Shown here: positions 1 through 9,129 of the stretch, in pieces
Numbering within the stretch: position 1 is the first letter of the stretch
Layout of the letters: every line of letters begins with the position of its first letter
Assembly: GCA_965279375.1 (NCBI GenBank)
Contig: OZ257156.1
Coordinates: 1,728,001-1,792,000 of the forward strand
Length of the DNA: 64,000 bases
Source of the DNA: Gemmatimonas sp.
GTDB lineage: Bacteria > Gemmatimonadota > Gemmatimonadetes > Gemmatimonadales > Gemmatimonadaceae
Direction of reading: 5' to 3'
Position numbers and translations under genes: made by a program
The notes under the pieces: model-generated
What the model was told of the DNA's origin: nothing
What the model saw: only the letters and a program-made list of their open reading frames with translations
The model's database searches: none

Positions 1-1314
1 CAGCAGGACTTGCGCGGCGGCAATTCAGGCGTGGGCATCATGCTTACCAACACCACACGCAGCACCGACGCGTGGACGCGTGACGTGTTGCGCAGCGGCG
101 CCTGGACGGGCGGCCTCGATGCGCGCCACCGCTTTGGCGGCAATCGATTCCAGTTCTCGGCGCAGTTGGCCGGCAGTCGTGTGACCGGCACTGCCGAAGC
201 CATTGCACGCACGCAGCGCAGCAACGTGCATCTGTATCAGCGCAGCGATGCGACGCATCTGCGCTTTGACAGTACGCGCACGTCACTGGCGGGAACGATT
301 GCGCAGTTCTCGCTGGACAAGCAGGGCGGCGGTATCACGCGCTTCAGCACGAACGCGTGGTATGTCTCGCCGGGCTTCGAGATCAACGACCTTGGCTTCC
401 GCACGCGCTCCGATGAAGCGGGCGGCTCCGCGTGGTTTGCGCTTCGGCCGACCAAGCCCTTCGGCTTCTTCCGCCGTGGTCAGCTCAACTTCAATGCATG
501 GGCCACGACGAACACGAGCGGCCTGCCGATCGGCAATGGCGGCAACATCAACGGCAACGGGCAGTTCACGAACTTCTGGAACGCGTACCTCGGCTCGGGC
601 ATCAACAACGTCGTCGCGACGTACTCCGATCGCGATGCACGCGGCGGGCCGGCGGTGTACATGCCGCGTCGTCTGCAGATGTGGGCTGGTGTGGACGGGG
701 ACTCGCGCAAGGCGATTTCGCCCAGTTTCAACGTGAGCGGCGGGCGCCGCACTGATGGGCTGGGCAGCAGCTGGGATGCGAGCGTGGGCGGGCGCTTCCG
801 TATGGGCGGCCAGCTGAACGGCAGCGTGAACTTCGGCTACGGCCGCAACATCAACGACCAGCAGTGGGTGGGCAACTTCACCGACGCAGGCGCCACGTCG
901 TACACGTTTGCAAAACTGTACCAGTCCACGAGTTCGGTGACGATGCGCCTCAACTACACGCTGACGCCGACGCTCAGCCTCGAGAGCTACGTGCAGCCGT
1001 TCGTGAGCGTGGGCGAGTACACCAACTGGCGTGCGCTCGACGATGCGCGTTCGCCCGACACGGACAAGCGCTTCCAGCCGTACACGCTGCGCGGCACCGC
1101 CGACGGATTCCGCTTCGGTCAGCTGCGCACCAACAACGTCGTGCGCTGGGAGTATCGCCCGGGCTCCGTCCTGTTCTTCGTGTGGACGCAGGGACGCGAC
1201 ACCTTCACCAACGGTCCGACCGACTTCGGTGTGCAGCCGGGTTGGAACGATCTGCTGGCCGAACGCCCGCAGAACGTCTTCCTCATTAAGTCGAGCTACT
1301 GGTTCGGCCGGTAA
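1..1314 (+). CDS. DUF5916-family outer-membrane protein, C-terminal part (5'-truncated by window)
   Basis: Open frame from window edge; amphipathic beta-strands; family-like motifs SPGFEINDLGF, NNVVRWEYRPGSVLFFVWTQ; C-terminal KSSYWF. Confidence 0.7.
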   Translation, partial: QQDLRGGNSGVGIMLTNTTRSTDAWTRDVLRSGAWTGGLDARHRFGGNRFQFSAQLAGSRVTGTAEAIARTQRSNVHLYQRSDATHLRFDSTRTSLAGTIAQFSLDKQGGGITRFSTNAWYVSPGFEINDLGFRTRSDEAGGSAWFALRPTKPFGFFRRGQLNFNAWATTNTSGLPIGNGGNINGNGQFTNFWNAYLGSGINNVVATYSDRDARGGPAVYMPRRLQMWAGVDGDSRKAISPSFNVSGGRRTDGLGSSWDASVGGRFRMGGQLNGSVNFGYGRNINDQQWVGNFTDAGATSYTFAKLYQSTSSVTMRLNYTLTPTLSLESYVQPFVSVGEYTNWRALDDARSPDTDKRFQPYTLRGTADGFRFGQLRTNNVVRWEYRPGSVLFFVWTQGRDTFTNGPTDFGVQPGWNDLLAERPQNVFLIKSSYWFGR

Positions 1315-1494
1315 CGCCGGCCGCGCAACGCTGCTGCAGCGCTCGTGATGCGGCCGTGGTGCGGCAGTGATGCGGATCCCAGCGAGAGGGCACGGACTCA
1401 ATATTGCCGTGTACGTTGGTGCTGCCGGGACGACTCATCATGCGTCCCGCATCCCTCCGACGCGCATCCGTGCCCTCATTTCGAAGGAGTCCTG

Positions 1495-2145
1495 ATGTCC
1501 CTGCTCAGTGTTCGTCGTCTCGCGTCTGCCCGTAGCGCAGCGACGCTCGCCGCGACCGTGCTGATTGCCCTTTCGTCACGCCTGGTCCAGGCGCAGGGCT
1601 CCATCGGCGTCATTGCGGGTGCGAACTACTCGACGCTCAAGGGCGTGAACAGCCTCGACCAGCGCGATGGCACGATGGGTGGCATCTCGCTCGTGCTCCC
1701 CCTCGGCGGGTCGATCGCGCTGCAGCCTGAGCTGTTGCTCGCCACCAAGGGCGCCACCACGGGCGGGACGTCAGGCACGAAGGGCGTGAAGCTCAACTAC
1801 GCCGAAGTGCCGGTGCTCATCCGCGTTGGACTGCCAGGTGGTTCGCTGGTGAGCCCGCACGTGTACGCTGGCCCGTACCTCGGCCTGCAAGTGGACTGCA
1901 CGGTGCAGGGCACGAACTCGAAGTGCGACGACGTGCCGAGCATCAGCACCAAGTCGGTCGACGTGGGCGGCATCGCCGGCGGCGGCCTCGATCTCGCGGT
2001 CGGTGGACTCGTGCTGACCGCGGGCGTGCGCTACGACTTTGGTATCTCCAAGGTGGTCGAGTTCCAGACCTCCACCGTGCGCGAGTCGGCCAAAAACGGA
2101 TCCTTCGCGCTGTACGCGGGCGTTGCGGTGCGTTTCGGGCGATAG
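1495..2145 (+). CDS. Small outer-membrane beta-barrel (porin/PorT-like) protein
   Basis: GGAG RBS before ATG 1495; signal peptide ending VQA; LQPELL...KG, LNYAEVPVL, YAGPY, RYDFG; terminal aromatic strand. Confidence 0.7.
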   Translation: MSLLSVRRLASARSAATLAATVLIALSSRLVQAQGSIGVIAGANYSTLKGVNSLDQRDGTMGGISLVLPLGGSIALQPELLLATKGATTGGTSGTKGVKLNYAEVPVLIRVGLPGGSLVSPHVYAGPYLGLQVDCTVQGTNSKCDDVPSISTKSVDVGGIAGGGLDLAVGGLVLTAGVRYDFGISKVVEFQTSTVRESAKNGSFALYAGVAVRFGR

Positions 2146-2226
2146 CGCCGCGCAATAAGGCACGACACCACGCGGGGCCGCGCCGAGTGTTGAATCCTCG
2201 GTGCCGCCCACCGCGTAGCTTCCGGC

Positions 2227-2877
2227 ATGCTCTCGTCCTCTGCCATTGGCGCGCTCGATCGACTGAATCAGCGCATCATGCGCCACGCCGCCGCGACTCG
2301 GCTCACGTTGCTCTGCCGCATCCTCCTCGCGGTCGCCTTCATTCCCACGGGCACCGTCAAGCTGCTCGGTGAGCGATTCACGCGTCTCGGCGTCGATATG
2401 TCGGTCGGCTTCTTCTTCGAAGCGATGTTTCGCACCGGCCCGTATTGGCGCTTTCTCGGCTTCTCGCAGATTCTGGCAGGCGTGCTGTTGCTGTGGCCGC
2501 GCACGGCGTTCTGGGGAGCGGTGCTCTTTCTGCCGATTCTGGTGAATGTCGTGGGCATCACGCTCTCGATGGACTTTGCCGGCACGCCGGTCATCACCGT
2601 GGGGATGCTGCTGGCTAACCTGTGGTTGCTGGCGTGGGACTGGCCGCGCTGGCGTGCGGTGCTGCTGACCCCTGACACGCCGTTGTTGAGTGCGCGTTGG
2701 AGTACGCTCGAGCGCAGCGGCTGGGCGCTCGGCTTCTGCTCATTGCTTGGTTTCTTCTTCGCGGCGCGTGGCACCTTCGGTTCACGCATGGCGGGGCCGA
2801 TGGTCGGCGCTGGGCTGCTCGGCGGAGCGATTGTACTCGCTGCATGGGTGATCGAAGCACGACGGCCGCGCGTGTAA
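2227..2877 (+). CDS. DoxX-like membrane protein
   Basis: About six hydrophobic segments; RILLAVAFIPTGxxK, FFEAM..TG.YW.FLG..Q pattern. Confidence 0.6.
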   Translation: MLSSSAIGALDRLNQRIMRHAAATRLTLLCRILLAVAFIPTGTVKLLGERFTRLGVDMSVGFFFEAMFRTGPYWRFLGFSQILAGVLLLWPRTAFWGAVLFLPILVNVVGITLSMDFAGTPVITVGMLLANLWLLAWDWPRWRAVLLTPDTPLLSARWSTLERSGWALGFCSLLGFFFAARGTFGSRMAGPMVGAGLLGGAIVLAAWVIEARRPRV

Positions 2878-2952
2878 TCGCGACTCGCGTCCGACGCAGC
2901 CAACGCAGCCGTCGCGCGCCCACGCTACCGCTTCTCGGCTACCGAAGCTCGG

Positions 2953-3639
2953 CTAACGCAGCTCGACGCGACCGCGCCGTGTATCGAGCGTGGCGATCAG
3001 CGCGGGAAGCGCACCCGACGCGACCGACAATCCGAGCGCTGCCGAGTCAGCGCGCTGATCGACTGCTGCCCCGAGCGGTGCGTTCATCGCTGAGTTCAAT
3101 GCTGCCAGCTGCGCCGCGACCGAATCGGCGGCGGGATGTTCTGCGCGCAGATCAGCCAGTGTGACGCCTGCCGCAGCGTTTGCCGCTGGGTGTGGCGACT
3201 CGCCCCAGTCGATGAAGAACGGGACGAGTCCGTCAGCCACGAGTGGCGTGGGATCGGTCAGCTCCCACGACAGCAGCACACCATCGGGTCGTTGCCTCCG
3301 GCCGGCTGCGACCGCGCCGAGTGTGACGCCGCGCTCGGCGGCACGTGCGCGCAGCGCGGTCAGTCCAGTCGCCTTGGCTGCCCAGGTCACGAGGCGAGGC
3401 GCCGAGAGTGTGTCGATGGCGAACCAACGCGGGGCGGCGTGCTCCGGCTGCTCGGGATCAGGGCCAATGATTTCGAGGTACGACGTGGGGCTGAGGGCCA
3501 GCAAGGCATTGCGCGTGCCACGGCCAGGGTGCGCCCCGCCCGGTGACGGGCGCACGCCGAGCAGATTGGACAGCGCCTCGACCGACTCGGCGAGATTGGG
3601 CGTCGCGTAGACGAGATGGTCGAGTGTGTGCGGAGCCAT
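2953..3639 (-). CDS. VOC/glyoxalase-like family protein
   Basis: LDHLV, PGGAHPGRGTRNALL, YLEII, PFFIDW motifs. Confidence 0.8.
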   Translation of the reverse strand: MAPHTLDHLVYATPNLAESVEALSNLLGVRPSPGGAHPGRGTRNALLALSPTSYLEIIGPDPEQPEHAAPRWFAIDTLSAPRLVTWAAKATGLTALRARAAERGVTLGAVAAGRRQRPDGVLLSWELTDPTPLVADGLVPFFIDWGESPHPAANAAAGVTLADLRAEHPAADSVAAQLAALNSAMNAPLGAAVDQRADSAALGLSVASGALPALIATLDTRRGRVELR

Positions 3640-3725
3640 GGCTGAGCCTAACGCCTGTTCGCGTCTTGCCGAAGGCCGCGACTGGGACCGAGTTTATGAC
3701 TTCCCTTTCTCCACAGGCCGTCCCA

Positions 3726-5732
3726 ATGAAGCTCTTCGTTGCCCTGCTGGCCCTGCAGCAGCCATCCCCGCAAACGCCTGAGATCGCGCGCATCGTCGTG
3801 TCGCCGGCGAGTCGGACCATGACTGCTGGTGATACGCTGCGGTTGCGCGCTGAAGCGCGCGACGCTCAGGGGAACGTGATTCCCGGCGTGACCTTCCGTT
3901 ATCGGCTCGGCGGATCGGCCCGCTTCGAAGGACGCGTCGATTCGCTGGGGCTCGTGACGTCGGGCGCGACGGCCATTCTGCCGGTTACCGTGACGGCGAC
4001 GATGCCGGGCGGCAGACCAAAGTTCGAGGTGATCGAGATTCGCGCCCTGCCGGGAGTCGCGTCGCGCGTGGAACTCTCGCCGACATCGGCCAAGCTGGTG
4101 GTGGGGCAGCGGCTGCGCGCGACAGGGCGCGCCTTCTCCGCGGCCGGCGACAAGCGCGCCGATCGCGTGATGTGGAGTAGCTCCAACGCAAAGGTCGCGA
4201 CGGTAAACGACGTGGGGCTGATCGTGGCCACCGGCGCTGGCAGTGCGACGATCACGGGGACGGTAGGCAGTGCCAAGACCACGTTGCCGGTGACCGTGCT
4301 GGGTGGCGCGCTGGCGTCGTTGTCGTTGACGCCGGACAACGTGGAAGCGCGCACGGGCGATGTGCTGCGATTCGCGGTTAGGGCGAAGGATGCGACGGGC
4401 AAGAACGTTACCGGCCTGACGCCCACGTGGAGCTTCTCGCCGGGGCACGGTCAGATCGATGACGACGGAGCTTTTGTCGGCTACGAGGCCGGCGAGTACA
4501 CCGTGACGGCATCGTTCGGCACGCGCAGTGTGCAGTCCACGATCACGCTCGCCGAACGCGATGTGCGTCGTCCGCTGTCGTTGGTGGGGCGTCTGCCGCG
4601 CTCGCGTTTCACGACGGAAGAAGTCTGGATCCATCAGGACGGCAAGCACGCGTATCTGGGATCGGGCGGTGGCGGCGATGTGCTGTATGCACTCGACATC
4701 AGCAATCCAGCCAATCCGGTGGTGACCGACTCGATCATCTCCAACACGCGTCGCGTCAACGACGTGATGACGTTCCCCGACGGCAAGTTTCTCGTCTTCA
4801 CGCGCGAAGGCGCGAGCGATCGCAAGAACGGTATCGTGATTGCATCGCTGGAAGATCCGGCGCACCCCAAGCCCATCGCCGAGTTTACGGATGGCGTGAC
4901 GGGCGGTGTGCATTCTGCGTTCGTGTACAAGCAGGACAAGTACGGCACGTTCATTTATCTCACCAACGATGGCACCGGAGCGCTGCACATACTCGATGTG
5001 AACGACCCGTATCACCCGAAGGAAGTGTCGCGCTGGAAAACCGAAGGGCGCCCTGATGCCGGGCGTTCGCTGCACGACATCGATTTGCGCGATGGACTGC
5101 TGTACGCGAGCTACTGGAACGACGGGCTGATCGTGCTGGACGTGGGTAATGGTATCAAGGGTGGCTCGCCGTCCAATCCGCAGCTGGTGTCGCAGTACAA
5201 GTACGATCTGAACGCGCTCTACAAGCAGGTGGAAGTAGACGGCGGCCCGGGCTTCATTCGCGGTACGCATACGGCGTGGCGCCACAAGAACTACGTGTTC
5301 ATCGCCGACGAAGTGTTTCCCGCAGAGGGCCCCAAGGGGACGAAGGATGCGGCCGCTGGTCGCGCGTACGGCCGCCTGCAGGTGCTTGATGTGAGCGACA
5401 TCGCGCATCCCAAATCGATCGCGTGGTACGAGCCCGAATACGGCGGCGTGCACAACGTGTGGGTGGCCGGCGACACGCTCTACATGGGCGCGTACAACGC
5501 GGGCTTTCGCGTGTTTGATATCTCGGGCGAGCTGCGCGGCGATCTGCGTGCGCAGGGGCGCGAGATCGGTCACCTCAACACGGCCGATATGGATGGCAAG
5601 GTGAAGAACGCAGCCATGACCTGGGGCGTGGTGGTGAATCCCAAGGACGGACTCGCGTATGTGAACGACGACAACAACGGGCTGTGGATCGTGCGCATCG
5701 AACCCAAGCCAACCGTAAAGGTGGTGCCGTGA
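3726..5732 (+). CDS. Secreted Ig-like (Big_2) repeat + LVIVD-repeat beta-propeller protein, paralogue A (start 3696 also possible)
   Basis: WSSSNAKVATV Big_2 motif; repeated LDISNPANP/LDVNDPYHP/LDVSDIAHP blades. Confidence 0.75.
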   Translation: MKLFVALLALQQPSPQTPEIARIVVSPASRTMTAGDTLRLRAEARDAQGNVIPGVTFRYRLGGSARFEGRVDSLGLVTSGATAILPVTVTATMPGGRPKFEVIEIRALPGVASRVELSPTSAKLVVGQRLRATGRAFSAAGDKRADRVMWSSSNAKVATVNDVGLIVATGAGSATITGTVGSAKTTLPVTVLGGALASLSLTPDNVEARTGDVLRFAVRAKDATGKNVTGLTPTWSFSPGHGQIDDDGAFVGYEAGEYTVTASFGTRSVQSTITLAERDVRRPLSLVGRLPRSRFTTEEVWIHQDGKHAYLGSGGGGDVLYALDISNPANPVVTDSIISNTRRVNDVMTFPDGKFLVFTREGASDRKNGIVIASLEDPAHPKPIAEFTDGVTGGVHSAFVYKQDKYGTFIYLTNDGTGALHILDVNDPYHPKEVSRWKTEGRPDAGRSLHDIDLRDGLLYASYWNDGLIVLDVGNGIKGGSPSNPQLVSQYKYDLNALYKQVEVDGGPGFIRGTHTAWRHKNYVFIADEVFPAEGPKGTKDAAAGRAYGRLQVLDVSDIAHPKSIAWYEPEYGGVHNVWVAGDTLYMGAYNAGFRVFDISGELRGDLRAQGREIGHLNTADMDGKVKNAAMTWGVVVNPKDGLAYVNDDNNGLWIVRIEPKPTVKVVP

Positions 5733-7783
5733 TGACGTCTCTGACGAAGAGCACAACGAAGGTCCGCACGCGCGTCGTCGCATCGGCTGTCGTCGCACTT
5801 CCGTTGCTTGCGCTTCCCGCGGCGATGTATGCGCAGACGCCTGCCGTGGCCAAGGTGATCGTCACGCCCACGCCAGCGCGTGTGGTGGCTGGTGACTCGC
5901 TGCAGCTCAAGGCGACGGCGGTGGACGCGAGCGGCAACGTCGTACCCGGCGTGCGCATTCGCTTTCGTCAGGCCGCTGCACCGTTTGAAGGATCGGTGGA
6001 CAGCGTTGGGCTGGTGCGTGCTGGCGCGGTGAGCACCATTCCGGTTGTCGTGTCGGCCATTCAGCCCGGTGCCAAGCCAGTCATCGCGCAGCTGCAGATT
6101 TCGGTGGTGCCAGGTCCCGCCGCGACCATCGGCGGTCTGCCCGCATCGCTCAAGCTGGTGCGTCAGCAGAGCGTGAGCGTGACAGCGAAGGTCCACTCGA
6201 AAACCGGCGACGAGCGCGACGACGCCGTGACGTGGACGAGCAGCAGGCCCGCGGTTGCCACGGTGGGCAGCGACGGCTCCATCACTGCCGTCAGTGCTGG
6301 CACAGCGTCCATCACGGCGTCCGTTGGCGCGATCAAGCAGACCATCAACGTCGACGTCATCGCCACGCCCGTTCGTACGGTCGCACTCACGCCGTCGCGG
6401 CCCACCGCACGCACGGGTGACGTGATTCGCTTTACGGCGGTGGCCAAGGATGCGACCGGCAAGCCGATTGCCGGGCTGACACCCACGTGGGCCTTCTCTC
6501 CCGGCAAGGGTGAAATCGGAACCGATGGCGCGTTCGTTGGCTACGAGCCCGGTACGTACACGGTCTCGGCGCTGCTCGGCACGCAGGTGGCGCAAACCAT
6601 GATCACGCTCACCGCGCGCGACGTACGCCGTCCGGCCACGATGGTTGGCTCCGTGGTGCGCAGCGCCTTCGGCACTTCCGAAGTGTGGGTGCATCCCAAC
6701 GGCAAGGTCGCGTACCTCGGCACGATCCTCGGCGGTGATCGCGTTTACGTGATCAACGTGGCCGATCCCAGCAAGCCGACGATCGTCGACTCGGTGATGG
6801 TGAACGCGCGCACGATCAACGACATCATGACCTCCGAAGACGGCAAGGTCATGGTGATCACGCGGGAAGGCGCCGACAATCGCAAGAACGGCATCGTGCT
6901 CGCAACACTGGAAGATCCGCTGCACCCCAAGGTGGTCGGCGAGTTCACCGATGGTGTGACGGCCGGCGTGCACTCGGCGTACATCTACACGCAGCCAAAG
7001 TTCGGTATGCACGTGTATCTCACCAACGACGGCACTGGTGCGTTGCACATCATCGACATCAACGATCCGGCACACCCCAAGCAGGCCTCGGTGTGGAAGA
7101 CGCCGAGCAACGATGCTGGACGAACACTGCACGACATCGATGTGCGCGGTGGTGTGGTGTATGCGAGCTATTGGAACGATGGCCTCGTCATGCTCGATAT
7201 CGGCGAAGGGAGCAAGGGCGGATCGCCGTCCAATCCACAGGTCATCTCGCAGTACAAGTACGATCTCAACGCACTCTACAAGAACGTGGAGACCGTCGGT
7301 GGCCCGGGCTTCATTCGCGGTACGCATACGGCGTGGCGCAGCGGCAAGTATGTGTTCATCGCCGACGAAGTCTTCACGATGAAGGACATTCAGTCGCTGG
7401 AAGAGAAGCAGACGAGCCGTGCGTACGGACGCCTGCAGGTGCTCGACGTGAGCGACATCGCGCATCCCAAGTCAGTGGCGTTCTACGAGCCGGAGAACGG
7501 CGGCGTGCACAACATTTGGGTAGCGGGCGATACGCTCTACATGGGTGCGTACAATGCCGGCTTCCGCGCGTTCGATATTTCGGGTGAGCTGCGTGGTGAT
7601 CTGCGCGCACAGCAACGCGAGATTGCTGACTTCTATCCGTCAGACCCCAAGGGCTTCATTCCCAACAACACGATGACGTGGGGTGTGGTAGTGAAGAACG
7701 GCCTCGCCTACGTGAACGATGTGAATACGGGACTCGTGATCGTGAAGATCGAACCGAAGCCACCGGCCAAGGTGGTGCCGTAG
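5732..7783 (+). CDS. Secreted Ig-like (Big_2) repeat + LVIVD-repeat beta-propeller protein, paralogue B
   Basis: TGATG overlap with upstream gene; signal peptide; collinear with paralogue A over its full length. Confidence 0.75.
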   Translation: MTSLTKSTTKVRTRVVASAVVALPLLALPAAMYAQTPAVAKVIVTPTPARVVAGDSLQLKATAVDASGNVVPGVRIRFRQAAAPFEGSVDSVGLVRAGAVSTIPVVVSAIQPGAKPVIAQLQISVVPGPAATIGGLPASLKLVRQQSVSVTAKVHSKTGDERDDAVTWTSSRPAVATVGSDGSITAVSAGTASITASVGAIKQTINVDVIATPVRTVALTPSRPTARTGDVIRFTAVAKDATGKPIAGLTPTWAFSPGKGEIGTDGAFVGYEPGTYTVSALLGTQVAQTMITLTARDVRRPATMVGSVVRSAFGTSEVWVHPNGKVAYLGTILGGDRVYVINVADPSKPTIVDSVMVNARTINDIMTSEDGKVMVITREGADNRKNGIVLATLEDPLHPKVVGEFTDGVTAGVHSAYIYTQPKFGMHVYLTNDGTGALHIIDINDPAHPKQASVWKTPSNDAGRTLHDIDVRGGVVYASYWNDGLVMLDIGEGSKGGSPSNPQVISQYKYDLNALYKNVETVGGPGFIRGTHTAWRSGKYVFIADEVFTMKDIQSLEEKQTSRAYGRLQVLDVSDIAHPKSVAFYEPENGGVHNIWVAGDTLYMGAYNAGFRAFDISGELRGDLRAQQREIADFYPSDPKGFIPNNTMTWGVVVKNGLAYVNDVNTGLVIVKIEPKPPAKVVP

Positions 7784-7785
7784 CG

Positions 7786-8973
7786 ATGCGTCGCCTGTCT
7801 GCACTGATTGCGGCGAGTGCGCTGTCGTCACTTGGCGTCGGTGCGCCGCTGCTGGCGCAAATGCCGGCGTCGTCCGCGACACCGGCCGCGCCCACGCGCG
7901 ACTATCTCGTGCTCGTCGCGAGCGAGTCGGTGGATCGTGTCGCGCTCATTCGCTTCGGGGCCAACGGCGCCAAAGTCGAGCGCGAGCGATACGTCGGCTA
8001 CGTGCCAACCGAGGTCGTCGGTCCGCACGGCGTCGCGGTCTCCCCTGATGCCAAGCACTACTTCGTCACCACCGCACACGGCACGCCGTTTGGGCGTCTC
8101 ACCAAGTACAACGCTGAAACGAACGCGGCCGAAGGCAGCGTGATGCTCGGAAATTTTCCGGCGACCACGCAGGTCTCGCCAGACGGCTTCTATGTCTACG
8201 TCGCGAACTTCAACCTGCACGGCGAGATGGAGACGAGTGATGTCTCCGTAGTTGCGGCGGATGAAATGGTGGAGATCGCGCGCATCAACACCTGCACCAT
8301 GCCGCACGGCTCGCGCATCAATCGCGAGGGCACCAAGCACTACTCGGCGTGCATGATGGATGAGGAGTTGGTGGAGATCGACACGCGCACGCTCGGCGTG
8401 AGTCGCCACTTCTTCCTCACCAAGGGGAAGGAGATGGGCATGACCGGTGCGCCACCCGTGCGTGGCGCGGCCGCGCACGCCGGACACGACATGGGCGGCC
8501 ATGGCATGGAGCCACCCAAGCCCGGTGATGTCTCCTGCTCGCCCACCTGGGCACAGCCCTCGGCGGACGGCACGAAGGTCTGGGTGGCGTGCAACAAGTC
8601 GAGCGAGATCGTGGAGATCGATGCCGCCACGTGGACACTGACGCGTCGACTGCCAGCCGGGCCCGGCGTGTACAACCTGGGCATCACGACAGACGGCGCG
8701 AAACTGATTGCCACCAACAAGCGCGATGCGTCGGTGTCGGTGTTCGACGCAAAGAGTGGCAAGGAGCTGGCGCGCATTCCGACTACTCGCAAAGTCGTGC
8801 ACGGGATCGCCGTGTCCGACGACAACCGCTACGCGTTCATCTCGGTCGAAGGGATGGGCTCGGAGCCGGGCACAGTGGACGTGATCGATCTCACCTCGCT
8901 CAAGAAGGTCGCGAGTGTCGATGTCGGACAGCAGGCGGGCGGCATCGACTTCCTGCGGTCGGAGCGTCGCTGA
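7786..8973 (+). CDS. YncE/YVTN-type beta-propeller protein with His/Met-rich loop
   Basis: Signal peptide; blades GPHGVAVSPD, MPHGSRI, VVHGIAVSDD; insert HAGHDMGGHGM. Confidence 0.75.
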   Translation: MRRLSALIAASALSSLGVGAPLLAQMPASSATPAAPTRDYLVLVASESVDRVALIRFGANGAKVERERYVGYVPTEVVGPHGVAVSPDAKHYFVTTAHGTPFGRLTKYNAETNAAEGSVMLGNFPATTQVSPDGFYVYVANFNLHGEMETSDVSVVAADEMVEIARINTCTMPHGSRINREGTKHYSACMMDEELVEIDTRTLGVSRHFFLTKGKEMGMTGAPPVRGAAAHAGHDMGGHGMEPPKPGDVSCSPTWAQPSADGTKVWVACNKSSEIVEIDAATWTLTRRLPAGPGVYNLGITTDGAKLIATNKRDASVSVFDAKSGKELARIPTTRKVVHGIAVSDDNRYAFISVEGMGSEPGTVDVIDLTSLKKVASVDVGQQAGGIDFLRSERR

Positions 8974-9129
8974 ACGGACGATGAAATGAGGCGCATTTCA
9001 CGATCGGGGTGAATCGTGAAATGTCGGGTTGCGGCGTGCTGGATTTGCGGATTGGTCCCAAGTGGGGATAGAATCGCGATCCTGCCGCTCTCCAACGAGA
9101 GCCGCTCCCACCTTCCAGGAGTGTCCGAA

